Source of the DNA: Salpingoeca rosetta
Lineage: Eukaryota; Protista; Choanoflagellata
Reading direction: 5' to 3'
Length of the DNA: 64,000 nt
Assembly (NCBI GenBank): GCA_033442325.1
Contig: JAWQFM010000002.1
Location: 666,182 to 730,181, forward strand
This document shows positions 47,394-64,000 of this stretch, in pieces (position 1 is the first letter of the stretch; each line of letters opens with the position of its first letter). Below the pieces are notes generated by a model, which worked only from the letters and a program-made list of their open reading frames with translations, ran no database searches and was not told the DNA's origin. A program made the position numbers and the translations under genes.

Positions 47394-47745
47394 ACATCCC
47401 ACCATCACCACGACAGCACACACACACACACACACACGCGTTCACAAGCAAGCGTGATGTATTCCTCGCACTTGTTGCTGTATCGTTCTTTCCTTTCATC
47501 ACGCCAGTCAAGTGTAACCCAGTGTGGTCTCCCCTCACGCATATATACACACGCACACAGCTGTTGCCCTGAAGTCAGTTGACCATTCTTCATGGAAGGA
47601 GGATAGACGTATGTGGAGTGGGAGAATGAGTGTGAGTGGAGTGAGCTGTGATGTTGTGGTGGGCGAGACAAGCAAGCAAGCAAGCGACCAAAGTTGTGGG
47701 GCAAGTTTGGAACATTTGCTGGTGCCATTACCAATATTCGACAAC

Positions 47746-48951
47746 ATGGCGGAGGGTGAGGAAGCTGCAGCAGCCGAAGCGGCAACTGCAGCCAAGGTGG
47801 CCGAGCTGGAAGGCTTTGTCGCAAACAAGCTTCACGTGGATCGAAGGTGTGTTTGGTGTTTGCGTGTGGCTGTGTGTGTGTGTGTGATTATGTAAGTGCT
47901 TGTGCGTGCGTGCGTGTGTGAGTGCTTGTATCGCGAGTCGCTGAGAAACGGGTTCTCCCCGTCCTGTCGTTGTTCTTGAGCAGCCGGTTGCTGAAGCAGC
48001 GGGATGAAATCACCACAGAGATGTCAGACTATCACAAGCTCAAGGACATGATCCAAACCGTTCTTCAGGTACGTGTGCATGTGCACGTGTACATGTGTGT
48101 GCATGTGTGCATGTGTGTGCATGTGTGTGCATGTGTGCATGTGTGTGTGTTTGGATTGCGTATTGATTTTGCTGACTTTTCCCGATTGCGTGTGTTGTCT
48201 GTTGTGCAGGAAGGTGCGAGGAAGGAGTTGAGGACAAAAGTGGACTTGGGCCACGCTTTCTTCTGTCAAGCTGACATGTACGTGAGAACCTAGCCCTGCT
48301 GCTGCTGCTGCTGCTGCTGCTACTACTACTACTACTGCTGTGTGTGGGATGTACGAGCATGCGCCTGCGAGGGAGGCTCAACTCTCAACACGTGTGCACT
48401 TGTACACTATTCAACGTGGTGTGTTTTTGAAACTCACCCCGCTTGCATCCCACCGTACGAACCCACACGCCCGCGCCTTCAGCCCAAACACGGAACGCAT
48501 CTACGTGCACGTTGGGTTTGGGTTTCACGTAGAGTTTACACTGCCAGAGGCCAAGGCCTTTATCGACAAGCGCATTACCTTCTTGGAGAGGTGCGAGTCG
48601 TGTGTGTGTGTGTGTGTGTCTTTGTGTGTGTCTTTGTGCCTGTGTGTGTCTTTGTGTCTGTATGTACTAGTATGTGTGTATGTGTGTATGTATGTGTGTG
48701 TATGTGCTTCCGTTTGGTGTTGTGGCACACGTACCAGCGTGACAGGGGCGATTGCAGCTTGTTGGTGTTCCCAAACCTTGCTTTGTACCAAGCTCGCGTC
48801 ACCACATGTGGTCCCACTCACACACATATACGCGTGCACCAGGCGATGTGCGGACACGAGGGACAAGTTGGCGGAGGTGAATGCGTTGATCAAGCTGGTG
48901 ATGGAAGCGCTCCGAGAGATTCAACGTCTGGGCTCCCTCCCATCCGCATAG
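47746..48951 (+). CDS. UXT: Prefoldin-alpha-like protein UXT; 5 exons
   Basis: KVAELEGFVANKL, RDEITTEMSDYHKLK, KVDLGHAFFCQA, PNTERIYVHVGFGFHVEFTLPEAKAFIDKR and LVMEALREIQRL match the UXT pattern. Confidence 0.9.
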
Positions 48952-49541
48952 CATGCCCGCTGCTGAGCCGTGTTGTGCGCAGCCGAATGCTTTCGTTTGC
49001 CAGGAAGCTGGTCTTCCTTTCTCTGTCTCTGTGACTGTGACTGTGACTGTGACTGTGACTTGTCTGTGTGTGTCTGTGTGTGTCTGTGTATTGTCTGTCA
49101 GCCTCTGTCTGTCAGTCTCTCTCTCCTTGTCTGTCAGGCTGTCAGGCTGTCAGTCTCTCTGTCTTGCCCCCCCCCCCTCTCTGTCTCTCTCTCTCTCGTT
49201 TGCATCTGGGTTTCAGTGCAGGCAGCTGCTAGGCCTTAAAATGAATGTTTAAGTGTAATGTGGTGGTCACAGTGAGAGCAGCCCACCTTTTAACACCCCT
49301 ATCCATATGTTGTGATGGTCGTTCAATTCATGAAAGAACATACTCGTGTACTTCAGTACATACGCTCACAAACGCGATCGCACATTCACACACGCAAAAA
49401 AGGGATGGAAGTTGGAAGGAGGTGAACAGCGTTCCTGTTCAGACAACGCCACCATGGTAATGTAACATAACTATGAAGGGAAGGGGGAGGAGGATGCCGG
49501 CGTAGCACGACACCAGGACAATGGATGACCGCGATACACAG

Positions 49542-53452
<3,911 letters not shown>

Positions 53453-53717
53453 CGTCGCTGTTGGTGCAGGTTCGGAAAAATACAGGAAGATATGGGCGAA
53501 ACTCGTCGATTTCAGTGCCTTTTTTGTCATGTCGAAACCGGTTTAAGAGCAGCAACTTCGACTTGTGCACCTCCTGTTGCCTCGTTCCGCAACAGCAACC
53601 ACCACCACCCTTCTCCCGCACGAATCCACCTCCGCTTTATCCTCCTTCCCTTCTCTCACTCTCTTCTCAACTCTGTTCCTTCTACCTGTCTCCGTCTGTG
53701 TGTCGCTGACCACTGCG

Positions 53718-57861
<4,144 letters not shown>

Positions 57862-58367
57862 CATAGCGTTGTAGTGTTGTAGTGTTGCAGTGTCTCTTGT
57901 GTGCGTTTTGAGAGCCATGCATGTTTTGTGGCGTGAGGTTCGGTTGGTTGTGACTCATGTTGTGTGTGTGTGTGTGCGTGCGTGCGTGTGTGCGTGTGTG
58001 TGTGTGTATGGATGTGTGGTGGAGCGTCGTTTGACGTTGGTTTCTTCGTTGTTACATAGTTAGGCTCGTGTCATGTTCGTAGCATTGTCCTTCACTTGCT
58101 CGCTCAGGTTCGCCCCCCCCCCACACACACACATCGTAAGTTATGCCTTGTTGGATACAGGCAGCAGCAGAAAACCAAACAAACATCCCCCACCTGTCAT
58201 GCGTGCTTTTGTGTAGTTTCTCAGAGCAACGGTAATAAACGACTTGCTGAAACCGTTTACACAGGAAGTGTGTGTGAGAGAGAGAGAGAGAAAGGGGACA
58301 CCAATCACTTACAAGTGCCTCACACAGTCACACACACACAAATACACAGAGAGACATGTCGTGTGTG

Positions 58368-60961
58368 CTATTCTGGGGCGGCATCTGGGGCGGGCAAATC
58401 AAAGTCCTGCACTTGTTCCGCCAGCGCCTTTGCCAACATCTGTTCACAGAACGCGTCCGAGGGATTGAGGGCCAGCGCCTATTGAAGAAGGGGGGGGGGG
58501 GAGAGAAAGCGTCGTGGGGTGAGAAGACATGGTGGGGGTGATGCAAGAGATGGGGTGGGGCATGATGGGATGTGTGAGCGCGCGAGGCTTGGTAGGCATC
58601 GCAAAACAGACAGCAAGCAATGATGCACACGCAAGTGTTGACACGACTGCACGTGCACCTTGTGGTAATACTGGATGGCGCGTTCAAAGTCGTCTCTGAG
58701 GTGATAGATGAAGGCAAGGCCGGCGTGGGCGACGCCTGAATCCGGCACGAGCGAAAGCGCCTCCTCATACAGCTGCACCGCTTCCTCGTACTCCCTGCAG
58801 CGGTGTGTGAGTGAGTGAGTGAGTGAGTGAGTGAGTGAGTGAGTGAGTGAGTGAGTGAGTGAGTGAATGAGAGAGTGTGAGTGAGTGAGTGTGTGCGAGC
58901 GTAGAAGACGATGGTGACGCAGTGGCAGATGTGAGTGGTGATGGTGTGTGTGATCAAGCTCACTCGAGTCGCAGGCGAACGCGCGCGAGGTTGACGAGTG
59001 TGGAGTGCAGGCGTGCCGGTGCCTGCAAACGAGCCGGAAAGGGAAGCACAAGCAAACAAACAAGAGGGTAAGTGAGCTGATGACAAGCAAGCAGTTGCTC
59101 AATCTCTTACGCGTGAAGAGAAGGGAGGCAGGGGTCACATGCAAGCTGAGCAACAGCACAAGCACCAGCACCACCAACAACAGCACCACCAGCGCCAGGC
59201 AACACCACGCGTTGATGACTTACGAGTCTAAGCCGGCGGAAGAGCTTTCTCGCTTTGTTGAAGCACTTGATGGCGTCGTCGTGTCGTCCTTCGTGGTAGT
59301 GCAGAACACCCATCTCGTGGAAGATGGCCGGGTCGGCGTCTGGCACGGAGAGCAGGGGGAGGGGGTTATGCATTGCAGGGAGAGCAGGGACAGGGAAAGG
59401 AGAGGAGAAAGGACGACACAAACGTACGTTTGTGCACACACACGCACACAAGACTAGACACGTTCACAAGCACACATGAATGTAAACATTGCACTCGCAC
59501 AGCCGCACACATATGACTGCACACATGCAGCGCACCGTAGATGTCTGCTGCCTGGCGATAGTAGCGCATGGCGATGGGGCGGTTGTTCGTCTGCGCATAC
59601 TCCATGCCCATGTACAGCAGCGGGAGGTGGGAGCCGGAGAGAATGCGAACGGCGTTGCTGTATGCCGCCATGGCCTGGTCGTGCTCGCCCTCAACAGCAA
59701 ACGCGTGCGCAAACCCAATCCACGCAGGCCCGAAACTCACGTCCTTTGTCGTCGCTTTGCTGTGTGTGTGTGTGGGGGGGGGGGGGAATGTTGGAGTTGG
59801 GTGAGGGGAGAGTGCATGAAAGTGAGTGTTGTGGTGTGTGTGGATGTGTGTGTGTGTACCTGAAGTATGTGCGAGCGACTTCATAGAACTTGGTGGCAAA
59901 GTAGTAGCTGCCAACAGCAAACCACGTCACCTGAGTGGAGAGAAGCAGAGAGAGAGAGAGAGGCTGGACACGTGAGTTCAGAATGGGCGTGAGGGCAATT
60001 GAGTAAGTACACACACACATATACACAGGCGAACACAGCATCGTAGACACACACACACACACACACAAATGCACGTACGGCCTTCTGTGGCATGTTGTCG
60101 ACGAGTTGGTGTGCGAGGTAGAACAAAGAGTTGATTTCCTTCAGCTCCACTTGACACGCAATGTGGAATGGCAAGCACGCCTCGTTGAACTTGTCGTTGT
60201 CCAGCACTCTGCAAGCAAACGGTCGAACCAGATGCATGGTCACAGTTGTGAGGTGTGTGTGTGTGTGTGTGTGAATGTGTTGAGGTGACAGCTCGTTCGA
60301 AAGACAATCGCACACAGTCCTTGCGCTGCATGCCACATTGGACTGACTTTGTGGTGATGGTGAAGCTCTCCTCAAACTGTCCTTGGTTAAACAGCTGTGC
60401 CGCCCGCGATACTTGAATATCCTGCCACAGTACACAGCCATGGTGTGTGTGTGCGTGTGAATGTGAATGTATGGCAAAGAACTGACGATAAGACATGAAA
60501 CGTGAGCATCGTGGCGCAGGCGTTTGCGAACGGCACAGTGTCATTGACACACGTACAGGGTTGGCAAGCAGCTTGATGGGAATCTGGTCGCTGATGGGAA
60601 CCTCTTGGTACTGTTTGCCGAACGAGATGGTGCATGAGCGAGTGAAAGAGCACGCACGCTCGCGCATATCCATACGCACACACACACACACAAGCTCGCA
60701 TGCGCGCACATACACACACGCGCACGCACATACACACCCGCTCGAAAAGGCTGCTGTAGAGAAAGTCGGTGATGTCAGTCAGAATATCGCCCTCCTCCTC
60801 AGATGCAAGCTTGTCTTGCATCACAGGCAAGATGGAGGCCACCAGCTGCGTCTCTGTGAGGAGTTCAAGCAACCACAACGCGATAACATCGTTGGTGAGA
60901 CTTGTGGCGTTGGCAACAACGAAGGGGCGCAAAGTTGAGCGGTGTCACGAACACCCAGGCA

Positions 60962-60996
<35 letters not shown>

Positions 60997-61880
60997 ACAC
61001 ACACACACACACACACACACGCACGCACACACACACACACCTACCTTCAGAGTGCTTCAAAAGGTGGTGGTCGGCGAGCCGCTGCAGTGCCTGCAATGCA
61101 AGCAGGCGGCAACACGTGCGCGTGAGACAACATGATGGCATCTTCCAGTGGTACCACTACCTGCACCACGCACCCAAGACCGTAAGCCATCTGCACCACC
61201 ATGTATGTACACAGGCACCAGTTGAAGGCCGACCTCTGCGCAGAACGGGTCGTGGTTGAGGGCTGCGCGGTAGGATCGAATGGCTTTGATGCGGTTGTCC
61301 TGGTTCTCGAAGATCTTCCCTCGCAACAGCGCCAGCTGTGCCCGCACGTCGGCGATGGGGTGAAAGTCCGCCACCTCCGCATCTGCCACGCGCAGCTCAT
61401 CCAGGTGCTCGTCGTCCACGCCAATCACGTCCAGCGCCTCCTCGCCCCGATCAAGCGCCGTGAAGCACTGGCCAACAATGAGGCGCGCTGCAGGGGACTG
61501 CCGCACCGCGTCGTACTTCACCAGCACGTGCATGGCCCGCTCGTACTGCTGCAGGCTCATGTACGCCTTGGCCAGCAAGTACACGTCCTCCAATGCGCCT
61601 AACGTGGGAAGAGGGGGAAGGGATGAGGACTGGAGGAAGATGGACGGGAGGGTTGATGAGGAGGAGGCACAGGAGCATTGTTGGAAATAGGGCGGAGGGG
61701 ATGCGAAAGGGGGAGGAGAAAGAGGAAAGAAAGCGTAGTAACACCACATGAACGCACACAACACACACACGTACCATCTGTGGCCGTGACGATCTTGTCT
61801 GCCCAGAAAGCTGCAGAGGCAAAGGAGGACGAGGCCATGTACTCCTTCACCTTCCGTCGAAGCGTCTCAACCCACCGCAT
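58368..61880 (-). CDS. CDC16: Anaphase-promoting complex subunit 6 (Cdc16/Cut9), TPR protein; multi-exon
   Basis: SAAFWADKI, DVYLLAKAY...QYERA, LFYLAHQLVD, VTWFAVGSYY, FGPAWIGFAHAFAVEGEHDQAMAAY...SHLPLLYMGMEY, DPAIFHEMGV. TAG at 58368-58370. Confidence 0.95.
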
Positions 61881-62127
61881 CCTGCTTCGTGTGTGCTGCT
61901 TTGGTTGGCCGTGGCACTGTAACGGACAGTGGTGTGTGCTGTTTGCTTGTTGCGTTGCTTTTGCAAGTGCAATTTGCAGTGCAATTTGCAAAAGGAGACT
62001 GAATTCAGACGAATGTAAGCAAGCAAGCATGCACTTTTCTCTCCAACAACTCCTGCCACTCCAGTCCGACACGAGCAGCCGACTCAGACCGCAAAGAGAC
62101 CAAAGAGAGCACAGACCGAAAGACAGC

Positions 62128-63287
62128 ATGGCTGGCAATGATGATACGTTCCCTGCGTGGTTCGAGACACTGATTCGTTCCATTGAAGATGGCTCGTGTG
62201 GCGGTCGAGTCAGGTAAGTTTCTTTCTCATGTTCGTATTTAGGTGTTTGGGTGGTTTGTGTGTGTGTGTGTGCGTGTGTGTGTGTGTCTATGTCTGTGTG
62301 TGTGTGTGTGTCTGTGTGTGTGTATGTGTGTGTGCGTTTGTTGTGTTGTGCGTGTGTGCAGCATCTTCCAGGTTGAGAAGAGTGCCACCGATCGGCAAGG
62401 CGAGGGCGTGCGCATGCGCTCCCACGGTTGTCGACTCATGTGTTCGCATCTAAAACACTTTGAACCATGCTCTTCGCGGCTGGTAGCTTTGGCGAACGTG
62501 ACCCGCGTTGGTCAACAAAACTAACCACGAACATGACCGAAAAGTTGGCTGAAGTTCTGAGAACCCATCACGAAATCGTGACTGATTTAACGTATTGTAT
62601 CTGAATCGGTGATGCATGGTACATTGGAAGAAGCGTTGAGGATGCAACGCCGTGCACATGAGCTTGTGTAAACTTGTGTTACAGCCGAGCATGCGCTGTG
62701 AACTAATCCACATCACGCGCATTTGCGTGTGCTGTGATGTCGTTGCTGTTTTGTTGTTGTATTTGATGTTGTGTTGGTACGCGCGTGCACGTGTGTTTTG
62801 TCTTGCTCAGGCTGACCTTCATTGACTTTGGCGCTGCCGGAGGAGCTGCATTGGCAGAGTCGCTTGGGAGCTTGAACAGCCTGCAATCCCTTCAGTATGT
62901 GTGTGCGTGTGTGTGTGTGTGTGTGTGTGCCGGTGAGTGCGAATAGGATCATTATATAGTTGCTTGTCTTATGCGATTCAATGGACAAGACATAATCTTT
63001 TCCTGTGGGGTTGAGTTTGTGCGTTGTTTGTGCATGTGTTGACTGCGTGATGTTCTCTGAATTGTGTGTGTGTGTGTGTGTGTGCAAGGGGGGAGGTTGC
63101 ATTTCGGGCATGTTTCACTGACCCATGCATGTACGTGGTTTTGTGTGTGTGTGTGTTTGTGGTGTGTGTGTGTGTGTAATCGTGTGTTGATCGTGTGTTG
63201 ATCGTGTTCAGGCTGTCGAACCTTGATTTCGGAAGCAACGGAGGAGCTGCGTTGGCAGAGTCGCTTGGGAAGCCTGCAATCCCTTCA

Positions 63288-63324
<37 letters not shown>

Positions 63325-63457
63325 GAGGGCCGAACTGGTTGCTATGGGAAGCATACCTGAGAGAATAATCTTTTCCTGTGGGGTTGAGTTTGTGCGTTGT
63401 TTGTGCATGCGTGGACTGCGTGATGTTTTCTGAATTGTGTGTGTGTGTGTGTTTGTG

Positions 63458-63495
<38 letters not shown>

Positions 63496-63715
63496 AAGAG
63501 GGAGGGGGGTTGCATTTCGGGCATGTTTCACTGACCCATGCATGTGCATGGTTGCGTTTGTGCATGTACGTGGTTTTGTGTGCGTGTGTGTTTTTGTGCA
63601 TTTGGATGTGCGTTCATGTGTTGATCGTGCTCAGGCTGTTTCGACTTAGTTTCGGCGATGATCAGGAGCTGCATTGGCAGAGTCGCTTGGGAGCTTGAAC
63701 AACCTGCAATCGCTC

Positions 63716-63752
<37 letters not shown>

Positions 63753-64000
63753 TGTTCGTGTGTCTGTGTCTGTGTGTGTGTCGAGGGCCGAACTGGTTGC
63801 TATGGGAAGCATACCTGAGAGAATAATCTTTTCCTGTGGGTTTTGAGTTTGTGCGTTGTTTGTGCATGTGTGGACTGCGTGATGTTCTCTGAATTGTGTG
63901 TGTGTGTGTGTGTGTGTGTGCAAGGGGGGAGGTTGCATTTCGGGCATGTTTCACGTGACCCATGCATGTACGTGGTTTTGCGTGTGTGTGTGTTCGTGGT
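62128..64000 (+). pseudogene. RI-like (NLRC3-type) leucine-rich-repeat gene with one 28-aa LRR per phase-2 exon; several exons frameshifted; continues beyond the window
   Basis: First exon 62128-62213 (MAGNDDTFPAWFETLIRSIEDGSCGGRV, phase-2 GTAAG donor). Degenerate exon from 62372. LRR exons at 62811-62894 (84 nt, LTFIDFGAAGGAALAESLGSLNSLQSL), 63212-63287 (76 nt) and 63635-63717 (83 nt). Confidence 0.7.
62801..64000. repeat. Tandem duplication of ~400-425 bp exon+intron units (3 units visible)
   Basis: Exon starts at 62811, 63212 and 63635. The intron blocks ataatcttttcctgtggg...gttgcatttcgggcatgtttcac...catgtacgtggttttg are shared by all three units. Confidence 0.93.

Noticed and set aside
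62801-64000. Repeat array as CRISPR or transposon/LTR
   Set aside because: The units are ~400 bp exon+intron duplicates with AG/GT borders encoding LRRs. There is no short repeat-spacer pattern, cas gene, transposase or terminal repeat.

Overview
Gene-dense, intron-rich eukaryotic DNA in which nearly every intron carries (CA)n/(TG)n microsatellites. There are three N gaps (13288-14039, 24538-24637, 27834-27933). The animal-like gene set and microsatellite style suggest a choanoflagellate, probably Salpingoeca rosetta (inference). I reconstructed 16 spliced or single-exon genes by hand, in this order: CCDC77-like (3' part), an ankyrin-repeat protein with a Tyr-motif tail, a CBM21-RING-RING protein, intronless ETFDH, a 3-hydroxyacyl-CoA-dehydrogenase-like protein, MYO7A, a cathepsin O-like protease, an STK24/25/26 kinase, MPS1/TTK, an endosomal NHE, DNAJB11, UXT, SMARCD, XPO5 (middle missing), CDC16, and a partly frameshifted LRR gene. 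The strongest candidates for novelty are (1) a glycogen/starch-binding CBM21 domain fused to an IBR-less RBR-type ubiquitin ligase module, (2) a tandem array of ~400-bp exon+intron units, each encoding one LRR that is hypervariable only at predicted ligand-facing codons, and (3) an E2F/CDE-CHR-like element upstream of MPS1. All homology calls come from recognising motifs, not from database searches, and exon boundaries are manual predictions.
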